Source: Mantamonas sphyraenae STR306 (taxonomy: Eukaryota; Protista; CRuMs). Taken from it: DNA of 64,000 nucleotides. The notes beneath the pieces are model-generated. The model had not been told where the DNA came from, did no database searches, and saw nothing but the letters and a program-made list of their open reading frames with translations. Positions 23,133-35,072 of the stretch are shown piece after piece (the first letter of the stretch is position 1; each line of letters begins with the position of its first letter). Location of the stretch: NCBI GenBank assembly GCA_026936335.1, contig JAPMXV010000023.1:124001-188000 (forward strand), in the 5' to 3' direction. The position numbers were made by a program, and so were the translations under genes.

Positions 23133-25006
23133 TCATCCAGCCCAATCGGCACTCTTGAGGCCATGCGGCTGCAGGAAAACCTCCTTTTGCAGCTCCTCTT
23201 CGATGCGCTTGTTCTCCTCCTCGATCTGTTGGCGGAAACGCTCCCATTCCTCGCGGATGAGCTCCTCCTCGTGCTCTGCCTCTGCCTGCTTCTGCTGAAT
23301 CTGCGAGTTGAGCTGACGGCGATACTCTGCGTCTGCCCGCACCCTCTCTGCTGCCATGGCCTCAGCACGTTCGGCGTCCTCCTGGGCCATGCGCTCCAGT
23401 TTGGCAGCCTCTGCACGCGCCTCCTCCTGCTCCACTTTGTTCTGCTCCAGTTGGAAGGCCAGCTGTCGCTCGCGCTCGTCAAACACCTCTTTCATGAGAC
23501 GGTTGCGAGCCTCCTGCTCTGCGCTCCAGCGATCCATGCGCTTCTGCCACTCGCGCTCCTGCTCCTCGAAACGCAGGCGGTTCAGGTACGCCTCCATGCG
23601 TGCCTCCTCTTCACGCACCTTGGCCAGGTGTCGCTTGTACGCCTGTGCCTCCATGCGCAGGTACTGCTTCATCGCATCTGCCGCCTCCTGCTCCTCCTTT
23701 TGCTCCTGCAGCACCTCGGCAATGAATGCCAGATCCCGTTCGCGCTCCTCGTCCTTGCGCTTCTGTTCCAGAGCCCGCTTCTTGATGTTGTACTCAAACA
23801 GGTCCTTCTTCATGTCGCGGTCGCGGCGAATCTGTTCCTGTTCACGCAGCTTGGCCTGCTCCTCTTCGATGGCCCACTTCTTCTTCCACAGCTCCATCTC
23901 CTCCTCCTGCAGTCGCTTCTCTTCCGCCTTCTTTGCCTTCACTTCCTCCACCTGCGAGTCCAGGAACTCCTTGATCTTCTTGTCCTCCAGAGCACGCGCC
24001 TTTTCGCGCCGCACGTTCTCCTTTTCAATTGCTTCGTAGTACTCCTGCATCCGCTGTTCCTCTTTCCTTTCGCCTGTGTATGTGTATGTGTTTGTATGTG
24101 CGGAGTGTGAGAGAGTGTGTGTGTGTGTGTGTGTATCCACGTGCAGGTGTGGTTTCGGGTGTGAGCGCTTTCCGCTGCTTCTGCAGCCCCTCCCTTTCAG
24201 GGTTCTCACTCCATGATGCCTGCCACTCCCGTTCCACAAACATACGCTGCTCTTCTTCCTCGCGGATCTGGAGCTTTTCGCGCCGTTGTTGGGCGCGCAC
24301 CTGATGCACGTGCTTCTCCAGCGCCTCCGACTCCCGCCCGCGCAGCTCGTCGCAATCGTTGCGCCAGCGTCGCGCCGCGTTTTCTTCGGCCATCTGTGCA
24401 CGCAGCGCCTCGCGCTTGTCCCGCAGCTCCTGTGCACGTGCGCGCATCTCGTCCACGCGTTGTTCTGTGAGAAGGGGTGAGGCACGTGAGTACGGTGTCC
24501 GTGGGGTCCAGCACAGGAGTGCGCTCTGGTTTCGCGCTAGCTCGACGATTGCCAACCGCCCTTGTGTTCGGCCTCTCTCCCTCCACTGCGCTCTCCAACA
24601 CACCTGTCGTTGATTCACGCTGAGCCAGCTCGTTCTTAAACTGTCGATCCTCGTTGCTCAGCAAGTCGGCGAGGCTGTGTGTGGCATGGGACGCGGGTCA
24701 GGTGATTTGCAACGGTCGAAAAAGCAAAATGGGGTGGGCCCCTGCCATGGTCTGGCATCCCCTCACAAAGCAGGGTTCAACGTACGCGCGTCGACGAGCA
24801 TTCAGCTCACGCTGGCTCTGTCGTTCCAGGCGCTTGTAGTGACGGTTGACGGTGTTCTGCTTGATCTTGCGGTTGGTGCTCTTCTCCCACGACACCACAT
24901 GCAGCTGTCGAGCAGCCTCTTGCTTGGTCTGCTCAAACACAGCGCGGCGGTCCTCCTCCGCACGTCGCTTCAAAATCAGATAATCCGAGGGCGGCTTGCG
25001 AGACAT
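23133..25006 (-). CDS. CFAP53: Trichohyalin-plectin-homology (TPH) coiled-coil ciliary protein, CFAP53-like, multi-exon
   Basis: RELNARRRALADLLSNEDRQFKNEL, RWRNDCDELR, EWQKRMDRWSAEQEARNRLMKEVFDERERQ; GT-AG introns. Confidence 0.7.
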
Positions 25007-25054
25007 CGGTGTGTGTGTGTGTTTGGCAGCGCCGGCGGCACAAAGTCAAAACCG

Positions 25055-26225
25055 CAACCATGAGTGTATCGCTTGCTCGCCAGCACATCAACCACATGCA
25101 GTCGTTTCAGACACGTGTGTCTGACTTTCAGGAGCAGTTTGACACCTGGGCCGATGCCAAACTGGACGAGGTTCAGCAGACCGTGGAGGCGCACACCATG
25201 TACATGGAGGACGGCCAGCAGTCACTTCGAGCCATGGAGAAGCAACACAGCCAGTTGGAGAGTCTGGCACAGCAGGTGCAGAACCAGTTGCAGCAGGAGA
25301 ACGAGGAGATCGACGCGTGTCAGCAGCAGATCGAGGAGGCGCAGGCTGACAAGAAGACGGCGACGGAAGAGTGCACGGCGATGAAGATGAAGGTGCACGA
25401 GGAGAAGAAGGGGGTGGAGAAGAAGACCAAGGGTGAGTTGCAGTATGGGTGTGGGTGGATGTGGAGAGAGGGAGCGGGGGCAGGGGAGGAAGGTGGGGGC
25501 CGTGTGTGACGGGTGACCGTTTGGCGGGAGACGGAGATGGCGGGCGTTTGACGGATTTTTGGGATGGAGAGGGTGAGGGTGACAGAGACGGGAGGGAAGG
25601 GGTGTGTATGGAGTGTGGGATGGGTTTGCATGTGGGATAAGGATGAGGGGAGGCATGTGGGAACGTGTGGGAGGAGTGTGGAGCGGGTGTCGGATCCACA
25701 GGCTTGGAGGCACAGCAAAGACCAGAGTGAGACCCGTGATGACCCCACAGAGAGAGAGAGAAAGAGAGATCCATGGATGGGTGGACTGACACAACAAGGT
25801 CGTGTACGAACCACACCACACGGTGTCACACACACACAGAGGTGGAACAAGCAAAGAGTGAGCTGGACACACGGGTCAAGGACGCGCAGGAGGGTCTGTT
25901 CTTCTACGAGGACAGGCTGAAGCTGTCGTTTGAGGTGCTGCAGCAGGATTATCTGCGCTTTGTGTTTACTCATGTGGATCCGAAGGATGCGGAGCGGCAG
26001 TTCTTGTTCACGGTGCACGTGGACATTGACGACCAGTACTACGTGGACGAGTGCTCACCGGGCATTGGGGGACGCAAGTTGAGCAGCATGGCCAAGGAGC
26101 TGAACAAGAGCAACAACTTTTCACACTTTGTGGTGGCCATGCGCAGGGAGTTTCGGGAGATTGCCCTGAGCGAGTGATGATGTTGGTTGCACACTGTCCA
26201 CCACAGCTCCCACAAAGTACATATG
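25055..26225 (+). repeat. Inverted repeat 2, right arm (SPC25 gene)
   Basis: Reverse complement of ~21900-23059; identity starts about 5 nt before the ATG. Confidence 0.93.
25060..26177 (+). CDS. SPC25: Kinetochore subunit Spc25, copy B; intron 25433-25839
   Basis: Same as copy A apart from a Q/E change and a synonymous AAG/AAA. Confidence 0.85.
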
Positions 26226-26287
26226 TCCATTGCCCACCACGCCCATCATTGTTGCAAAGCGTCGAGGCACCCATCCAAATCCCGACG

Positions 26288-27769
26288 ATGGCGGACGACT
26301 TTCCCACGTCGTACATCGACGAGTTTGGCAACGAGGTGCACATTCACATGGGCGAAGAATACGACGTGTTTGACAGCCACGACGCAGACTACGATCTGGC
26401 TGGCTACCAGGGCACTCTGATGGACGACATGCCTCGCGACTGCGTGGTCTTTGTGGGCCACGAAGATGCAGGCGTCATGGAGCTCGTGCGAGCCATGTAC
26501 GGCGAAGGAACCTCGCCAGAGGATGCTCAGATCGACAATGTCCACGAGTATCTGCAACACAGCAGCAGCCTACATCTGAGCACCAAATATTACCAGGCAG
26601 ACATCAAGCTGCAGGTTGTGTCTCCTTTTGTCAACGCCGACCTCGTCGACGACTTTGACTTTTTCACAGGCGTGCTGGGAACCACCTGCCAGGCCATTGT
26701 GCTTGTGTATGACCCGCTTCGTGTACGTTGAACAGTCCAGAGTGGACCACACACCCGCTGAATTCCCCTCTTTCCAACCCTCCGTTCCTCACCCTCCCCC
26801 ACCCCACACATACACTCACGCACACGCAACCGCACACAGCCAGAGACGTTGGACGTGTGCACACAATGGGCCGACTTTGTCAGCATGTACGTCCCATCCA
26901 TCCGGCTGCTGGTGGCCAATTTCCACAACAACGACGAAGCTGTGCATGCCGACCTGAGCCCTGCCAACGACTGGTGCATGTCCCTGGGCTATGACATTGG
27001 CTTTGAACTCGTCGAGTTTGCCCACCCGCACCACCTCCTCCCTGCCGAGCAGCAGCAACACATGGCCATGCACGAAAAGGTCGGCGCCGAACGCGTTGTT
27101 CAGGCCCTGGAAACCTGCATCGACTGGCCCGGCATCGAACTCGGATCCGGTGTCCAGGCACCATCGGGTATGGCTGGATTTATGATGGGTGGTGGCATGG
27201 GTGATGGGATACTGGGTGGGAGCAGCAGCAGCAGCAGCAGCAGCAGTAGCAGCAGCTCTTCCTCGTCCTCCTCATCGGCCGACGCTGCCACTACAGACAA
27301 GGCCGTGATTGTGGAGGGTGGTGAGGAGAAGCCCAGTGAAGCAGAGGGTGACAAGACGCAGGAGGCAACCCCCACGTCAGAGGAGACCACGAAGCAGTTT
27401 GCCACAGCCGACGAGATGGCAAAGAAGATCGAAAGCGACCTGGCTGGTGACATGGCAGCATTGGGTGGAGGGGCAGCCGGAGGCGTGCCCTCAGGCGTTG
27501 AGGCTATGTTTGCCGCCCTTTTTGGAGCGGAGGAAGGCGACGACGACGACGAACCAAACGAGGAGGACATCGAGAACTTTGAGCGTGCCATGGCCCTCAT
27601 GATGCAGATGAAACGTGAGGCTGCCGATTTGCCCGACGATGTGCGCCGCCAGCGTGCTGCAGACGTCGCTCTCAGCCTGTACAAAGCGTTGGGCGTTGAC
27701 GGCGATCTGAGCGACGATGATGAGGAGGGGCAGCAGGCGACAAACACAGAAACTGAAGACAAGGCATAG
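26288..27769 (+). CDS. AAGAB: Alpha/gamma-adaptin-binding protein p34 (AAGAB/Irc6-like), one intron near 26724-26839
   Basis: LSTKYYQADI, QAIVLVYD, GAERVVQALETCIDWP, C-terminal LPDDVRRQRAADVA. Confidence 0.7.
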
Positions 27770-27811
27770 AAACAAAAACGGCCGCATTTCAACGCATCAC
27801 AGTTGACATCT

Positions 27812-30800
27812 TTAGTTCATTGCTTTCAGCTTCTTGTTGATATGAGCCAAGGAGACGAGCCAGGGCTTGATCCTGGATTGGGTCTGCTCCTTGGTGGGCT
27901 TGATGCCATTGTTCTGCTCCTGGAACGTGTGTGTCCACTGCTCGATGAGTTCGCTCCACTTGCGCAGACTTGCCTGCAACACCAACTTGAGCTCGTCCTT
28001 CTCGAGATCGTCGTCGGCCAGCACGTCGTCGACAAAGGTGACCAACGAGTCGCCGTCGTGAGGCATGTTCTTGATGAGCTTCTGGCTGGGACGGATGGCC
28101 ACCTGCTCCGTGGTCACCTTGACCTTCTTGGTCTTCTTGGCCCGCTTCTTCAGGTCCTTTTGTGACTTGCGCAGATCCTCCTCCATGGCCTGCAGCTCCT
28201 GTTCCTCCTTGTCGTCCAGTTCCTTCATCACCTGTTTGATCGTGGCATACTTTGTGTACAACAGAGCCAGTTCGGGCATTCCTCGCTTCTCCTCTGCAGA
28301 CGCCTTGCGTCCGTACTGCTCCTCAAACTCCGCCTCCATCACTTCAATCTCCTTGCGTGTGCTCTTCTTCAGCTTCTTCAGCGTCTTGCGGCTCTTGCCA
28401 CGATACTCGTCCGCCGGATCATACACCACCGGCTCGGGAGACGCAGGTTTCGCCTCTCCAGACCCTGTGCTGGCGTTGCTCTCGCCACGCGGACCAGACA
28501 GAGAGGACGACGAGGATGAAGAAGAGGATGAAGAGGACGCCCCTGCGTCCTCTTCGGCGGTGGGTGCCGTGGCTGGTCTGGAGCCCGGGGCAGCTCCCTT
28601 GTCAGTTCGCTGAGTCTGCTTCTGCTGCTCGTCGGCATCGGTGTCCTCCTCCACCAGCACCTGAGACTGGTCGATGACGCGTTGGATCTCGTCGAGCTCC
28701 TTGCGCCTGCGCTCGTCCTCGAGGGCTTGCAGGGCGCGCATGTCTTCGAGCTCCCGCTTGCGTTTCTCCTCTTCCAGCTGCTTCTTCATGGCAATGGCCT
28801 CCTCGCGGCGGCGCTCCATGTTTGTGGCAGCATACTTCTCACCGGCCTCCATAAAGGCGCGTGCAGCGAGGCAAACGAGGAGGAAACGACGGCGTGGCAG
28901 GGGCATAAAGGTGAGTTCGCGGTCGCGCTGGTCCAGACGCAGACGGAAGTGGTGCAGGAGGGGCTCCAGGTGCGGGTTGGGAAACATGGACACGCGTAGG
29001 ACGCTGTTGTAGATGCGAATGAGCTCCTCAACGAGATGAGCGAGGATAAAAACCATGGGGGATTCGCTCATGCGAGCTTGACTCAGGTGCCGTTGCATGA
29101 CTTCGATCTCGCGACGCAGGTGGCCCTTGTGGACGAATTCGGGCATGGAACGGCGCATGTTGTTGACTTCCTGCAGCACACGCTCGCAGTTGCCAATGGC
29201 AATCAGCACGTTCTCGTTGTCGCGCGTAAACGACAGGGCGTCCTTCTTGGTCACGGCCATCGGGCGTCGGGCGAAAAGGCGTCCTTGAGAATGATGAGGA
29301 GGGCAATGAGGGTGGCGAGGCCGTTGATGAAGAGGAGCTCGTAAAACAGGGTGTTGGGCAGCAGCAGCGGGGAAAACACCTTTGCGGCCACAAGCAGGGC
29401 GAAGAAGGCGTTGGCAATAAACATCCACACTTGAGTGTGACGCAGCAGGGAGCTGCTCCACATGCGATACGGGTTGGTCTGCCACAGCAGCACCGAGGCC
29501 CACAAGGCCCAGAGGGCCAAGAACAGAGCTGCCTGGAGCACGTAGTCGGAGGTGACAAAGACGAGGTTGAGCAGGAGGAGCAACTTCATGGCCAGGGGGA
29601 TAAGTCCTGAGCGTGCAGTGTTCCTGTGGTAGGAGCTGATGACATGCAATTGCTTGATGGCCCACTGGTCGTCCAGACCCATGAGGAAGGCCATCTCCAT
29701 TTCCACCAGCCAGTACCGGTGGCGTTCCTCGCTGCTGTAGATGATGTTGTAGTGGATCAGCTGGGCCATGTACACGGGGAAGCCCACGCTGAAGAGGACA
29801 AAGGTGACCACAGACAGGGCAAACGCGACCACATACACAGGGTCCGTGGAGGCCAGGTCCAGCCGTGTCGAACACGACACGGTAGGGTCAACACGCAGTG
29901 AGTTGGTCGCGGATGAACAGTCCCACAGGCGAAGGGTCACCAGCGTGATTGGAATGTACAGAAGCGAACCTGTGGGTAATTGGGGGGTGGCGTCAGTGGA
30001 TGCAGACACAGAGGAACAGAGGAACAGAGGAAGAACAAAAGGGCGATCACACGAACAACAGCCACCAGCACAGCAATCGGGAGAGGCGGCCGTGAGGGAG
30101 GTGAGGGGAACGTACAGGTGGTGAGGAGGATGCGCTTGATGGTGGCCTCGACAAGGAGGCGGTAGCGAGGGTTTGTCTGTGTGTGTGCGTAGAAACGCAA
30201 GGCCATGGCATAGGCCAACATGAGGAGGAAGGGCATGGCCACAAAGGGCAGGCTGTACCAGGCAAAGGAGAAGGCGACGGGGAAGCCAAGGGCGTCGGGG
30301 AAAAACGTCCACAGATCACCAATGGCCAGCAGCATGTAGTCGGTGTACTTGTACCATCCGGCGGGCCATGGGTAGGGTTTGGCCATGAGCAACAGGATGC
30401 CGTACATTTGCACGGCCTCGACGAAAATGCCCAGCTTTTCGGTCCAGTAGCGGGAAACGTTGCGAATGCGAGAGGAAGTGCGTCTGTGGGCGGTGCGTGG
30501 GAGGGCATCAGAGCATGGGAGGGCGTCAGTGGCGGTGTCATATGGATGTACGCTGTGTGGGGCGCATGTTGCTGTGTGTGCGTGTGCGTGGAGCGTGGGG
30601 CGGGCGGGGCTAAGTTTGGAAAAGCCGTTACGGCCGGTGTGGGTTCACTCACGTGCGCAGGCGCTCCACATAGGCGCGCTTCAGCGAGTCCTCGTCGTCC
30701 AGCCCGTCGACCTGAATGCCTTTGAGCAATTCGGTGCTCTCTGTGACGTCGTCGTCGTCATCGTTATTGTCGTCGTGGTGCGAGAGTCTGCGTCGGGTGC

Positions 30801-31326
30801 TGCTGTGGGTGGTGGGTGATTCGGAGCGGCCGGCGTTGTCGTCGTTGGTGAAGCGAACCACGTTGGGCGTCTCCTCGGCAATGTTGGCGAGTGACGTGCC
30901 CATGGAAGGCGCCCTACGTTTGCTCAGGCCCCCGGGCATGCCTGGAGAGCCACCTGAAAAGATGTCTGTGGGCGAACGGGTGCCCAGCACGACGTGGGAG
31001 GCGCTGGCGCTGCTGGGCGGAGGCGACAGTTTGCCTTTGTACATATTGAGGGCGCCTGCATCCGAGCTCAGCGCTTGCATTTCCACACTGTCCCTGCGGC
31101 CGTGGACTCCGCCGCCGACCCCGCCTCCACTTCCGTGGAGCCGTGCAAACCGGTTCTTGCCCGATTGGGAGCTGCGTGAGAACGAGCCCAGATTGCGCAG
31201 AGGCGGCCCTGGCGTGCTGGTGTCCACGGGCACGACACTCTGCATGCTCGCTAGGCCACCGCCTCCCCCGCCGCCACTGTGGATGTTCAGCCGATGGATA
31301 GGTTTCGGCCGAGGCGGCGTGTGCAT
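27812..31326 (-). CDS. Multi-pass membrane protein with C-terminal coiled coil and FAM13-like helical repeats; two introns and an apparent -1 frameshift at ~29255
   Basis: Exons join in phase (donors near 30651 and 30115); 8 or more hydrophobic segments; EFEEQYGRKASAEEK and WTHTFQEQNNGIKPTKE motifs; start uncertain. Confidence 0.55.
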
Positions 31327-31427
31327 GGGATTGGGGTGTGTGGTGTGGTGAGGTGTTGCGCCGACGAGCGCAAACGAAGCGACATTTCATTAGCATGAGT
31401 CTGAGCGGAAGAGCATGGACGCGTGGA

Positions 31428-32315
31428 ATGAAGTGGAAGAAGGGCAACATGGCCCTGTGTGCACTTGTGGTGTTGTGTGTGCTGTTGTGTGTCCGTACAG
31501 GCGAGGCAGGAGGGGCAGAAGGAGGAGGACGCAACAAGAACCGAGTGATGCCCTGGCTGTGTCTGCAACGGTGCAACCAAACGCTGGCAGAGGTAAAGGC
31601 GAATGTGGCATCACTGAAGGCACACTTGGACGTGTTTGACGCCGCATCGTTTGAGATGTTCAACCTGGGGGCCAACGGGACGCTGGTGTACAACTCGGAC
31701 CTGTACGACGTGATGCAGGACCTGGCGCCGCTGGGCATCAAAACCTACGCCATGATTTCATCGTATCCTTACCCGCCCCAGTTTCTGGATTGGATGCGAC
31801 AGGTGTTTGCGGCGCCACAGCCGTTTATTGCAAAGTGTGTGGCGGCGATGCACACACACGGCTTCCACGGCTTCAACGTGGACTGGGAACCCACCAGCAG
31901 CCACGCCACCGACGCAGACGCAGTGGAATACGCGAATTTTCTCAACGCTTTTGCGGATGGCATCCACGCGGCGGGAGGGGAGGTGACGGTGGATGTGGGC
32001 GGGTGGAGCCCGATTTGGAACTGGACTCTGTTGGCCAGCACACGTGTGGACAGGATCATCAACATGGCCACGTACACGGGTGCGTGGGACACATGGGAAC
32101 GCGTCTTTCAGCGCTCCTTGGAACAGATTGGCGTGGATCGGCTGGGCGTGGGCCTGCAGAACGTGGACCCGCGCACAAACGCCCCGCTCAACGACACTCA
32201 GATTGCGCTGCGCATGGGCGCCATTGTCGAACATGGATGCACCGAAATCGATCTGTGGCGCTTCCCGTTTGCCGACAACTGGTGGCCTGCGCTGGAGAAG
32301 TATGTGGGGATGTGA
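31428..32315 (+). CDS. Secreted glycoside hydrolase family 18-like protein
   Basis: Signal peptide; GFHGFNVDWEP (DxE catalytic motif); INMATY. Confidence 0.7.
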   Translation: MKWKKGNMALCALVVLCVLLCVRTGEAGGAEGGGRNKNRVMPWLCLQRCNQTLAEVKANVASLKAHLDVFDAASFEMFNLGANGTLVYNSDLYDVMQDLAPLGIKTYAMISSYPYPPQFLDWMRQVFAAPQPFIAKCVAAMHTHGFHGFNVDWEPTSSHATDADAVEYANFLNAFADGIHAAGGEVTVDVGGWSPIWNWTLLASTRVDRIINMATYTGAWDTWERVFQRSLEQIGVDRLGVGLQNVDPRTNAPLNDTQIALRMGAIVEHGCTEIDLWRFPFADNWWPALEKYVGM

Positions 32316-32339
32316 AACAGCGTGTGGAGACCTGACGAA

Positions 32340-32792
32340 TCAACGGCGCCAAAAGGTCTGCCACAGCCAGTGGACGATGCCGGCGGTAATGTTGAGGAGG
32401 ATAAAGCCCACCCAAAGCTGATAGAGCCAAATGTTTTGCGGATCGGTGCCCAGGAGCAGAAGTAGCTGCTGGAGGGTTTGGAGGGGCGCCACGCAGTCGA
32501 TCAGCGACGTGGTTTGCCCACACACACGCGTGACGACGGCGCCGCCGAGGCTGGCAATGCCAAAGCTCACCACAGCCACAAACACCAGGGTGTAGATGAG
32601 GCGAGGCAGGGAGACGTGAGTGGTGGGTTCGTTCGTGGAGTGTTGGGGCTGAGGTGTCTGGTGGGGCGGAGGCTGTTGTTGCGGCACTGCAGGGGCAGCC
32701 GTAGAGGCGTCGAGAGAAGCCAAGCGGGCACGAAGGAGGGCGTTTTCCTGACGCAGACGCAACACTTCTGCGTCGTCGTCGTTGCCAGCCAT
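32340..32792 (-). CDS. Small membrane protein with N-terminal coiled coil and two TM helices
   Basis: MAGNDDDAEVLRLRQENALLRARL; two hydrophobic stretches; fills the gap between neighbours. Confidence 0.5.
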   Translation of the reverse strand: MAGNDDDAEVLRLRQENALLRARLASLDASTAAPAVPQQQPPPHQTPQPQHSTNEPTTHVSLPRLIYTLVFVAVVSFGIASLGGAVVTRVCGQTTSLIDCVAPLQTLQQLLLLLGTDPQNIWLYQLWVGFILLNITAGIVHWLWQTFWRR

Positions 32793-32898
32793 GGTGGGCA
32801 ATGTGGGGGGAGGGGGGATGGGGGTGGGGACAGGAGAGAGAGATGGCGTGCTGGGGAGAGAGCGACGAGGCCGCCACCGCAACACCAACAGCAAAACC

Positions 32899-33752
32899 AT
32901 GTCAGGGGGAGCCAAGAAGAAGCAAAACTCGCATCGTCCGGCTCACCAGAACAAGACGGCGTTCAAGCACAACAAGAACTCGAAAAAGACAAAGAAGATC
33001 TTGGAAATGCCCATCACCGGGGTGTGCAGCAAATGCTACGAGGTGCTGACCTGGAGGAAACAATACCGCAAATACAAGCCACTCAAGGCACCGGGAAAAT
33101 GGTACGTGGGACAAACAGGCGTGTGCAATGGCATGGGCTGCACTACAGGCGCCCAGAGACGCATGTGTGGCTGACACACTCGAATTCCGTTGGTCAGCGC
33201 AGCAGCAAATGCTTGAGGCGCAACCTGAAGGTGTCCTACTTTACGTGTTGCAAGGACTGTGCCACTCAGGGCAAGGAGAAGCTGTGTCAAAAGTGTCTGA
33301 AGCCCACAGGCGGGTTCGATCCGGGGTAAGTGGTCCGCGTGCGCTGGACGGAAATCCGCGTGCGCCGCTGACGCCCATTGGGACATGGTTGACCGCACCC
33401 ACCACCATCATCGTCACCACACAGGGAACAAACGGCCATCGAGCGCAACAACGACAACACAAAGTTTGAGGCGACGCTGCAGGGGCTCAGCGAACGCGAA
33501 CGGCGCAGCGCTCTGCGGGCTCTCGAGAAGGGCACGCTCGTCGTGCACGCCAAGGATGGCAGCACTGTGTATAAAGGGAACCATGTGGATGACGGCGAAG
33601 AGGAGGAAGAGGAGGATGGGGAGGAAGAGGAGGATGAGGAGGATGAGGAGGATGGGGAGGATGAAGAGGATGGGGAGGACGAGGAAGAGGCAGAGGAGGT
33701 CGAGGTGCTTGTGGGGGACGAAGAGGACCAGCAGATAGCAATCGAGCCGTGA
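32899..33752 (+). CDS. C9orf85/DUF2039-like protein, two introns, acidic tail
   Basis: HQNKTAFKHNKNSKKTK, GVCSKCYEVLTWRKQYRKYKPL, spliced CSKC...CKDC...CQKC. Confidence 0.8.
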
Positions 33753-33785
33753 TATGGACATGGAGTGTACTAAACAAGGTGTTGG

Positions 33786-35007
33786 TCAGCTATCTTGATA
33801 CCGGGAGCGCCGTGAGCGTGTGCTGCGACGCGTTCCTGATTGGTTTTGCTGCGTTTCGCTGCTGTTCTGCCGTGACGAACGTGTGCTCGAGCGAGAGCTT
33901 GTGGTGCGTGTGCGGCGCGCTTGGCCATTGCGGCTGTTGCTGTTGTTGCTGTTGTTCCTCCGATTGCTGCTGCTACGGGTGTTGCTGCTGCTCTGCTGCA
34001 CTTCGTCTGCAGGCACTTCCGTCCTGCACAGCGGGCACGTGTTGTTCTCACTGAGCCACGGCGTGATACACTCTTCGTGGTACACATGCTTGCAAGGCAG
34101 CTGTCCCACATTCTCGCCATCCTGAAACTCCTCTTGGCACACCGCACAGGGCAGATCTGCAACGGGGGGGGAGAACAAGACAAAATCCGCGTGAGCAACC
34201 GACCGAAGGGCATCCAGGAAATTTGCGAGCCAGAAATCAGGAACTGCGCCTTTCAGGCACACGCAGTGCGGGAAACACTCACCTTGCATGCTCCTCTTGT
34301 CAAACGCAACCATGGGCATCTTCTTGAGCCACTCCTTGGCCGTGGGCTTTGTCTGTGGCTGGCCCTGCAGCTGCTCGAGCAATCCGTCCCATTCCTGCTG
34401 GTTGCCCGAGAACACATCCCCTGGGTTCGTCGTCAACATGTGCTGTGTTATGTGCGCGAGGATGTCACCGAAAGCCGACATCGGGTTCTCTCTGTGCGTG
34501 TGTGCCAGCGTGTGCGCATGTGTCAGTTTGTGGGGCGTGGGGGCCAGGTGAGTGATGCGCGCTTCCATTCCGGCTCGAAACACTGCACGGGCTACGGCGC
34601 GAGACATACAGTTGTGAACCGCCTGACTGGGTCGGCGTTGTGGCAAATGCAACCTGAACACGCCCTCCGCGGAAACGGTTGTGCATGTACGTGTGCACCA
34701 GGTCCATAAACAAGCGTTGTTGGCTGAACAGATTCTGGTTGGCTCGTTCCTCATCCATTTGTTCGTCTGTGAGATCCTCGTCGTCGTCCACGATGAACCC
34801 ATCGTCGTCGTCGTCCTCGTCTTCGTATGCGTACTCCTCATAGTCGTCCACGTTGAACCCATCGTCCTCCATGATCTCCAGGAAATCCCCTCCGCACTCT
34901 GGGCACACCATATCCGTCTGCGTGGTGTCGGCGTCCACCACGCTCCTGCACGTGTGGCACCACACCTCACCGTCGTCCATGTGTTCCACGGTCACCTGGA
35001 TATCCAT
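33786..35007 (-). CDS. RNF126/RNF115-like E3 ligase (N-terminal zinc ribbon + RING-H2), two introns
   Basis: WCHTC...CPECGGDFLE; CAVCQEEF...LPCKHVYHEECITPWLSENNTCPLCR. Confidence 0.85.
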
Positions 35008-35072
35008 GCGAGTGGGCAAGGGAGGTGTTTACTTGTGTCCGCGGGCGCCCGGCGTCTCGAGAGATCCAACAA

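Noticed and set aside
25692-25726. Possible extra microexon within the SPC25 intron (CACAG...GTGAGA)
   Set aside because: Phases do not join the flanking exons; a single intron gives a clean frame
8961-26225. Inverted repeats read as terminal inverted repeats of a DNA transposon or foldback element
   Set aside because: Arms consist of housekeeping genes; no transposase and no target-site duplication seen
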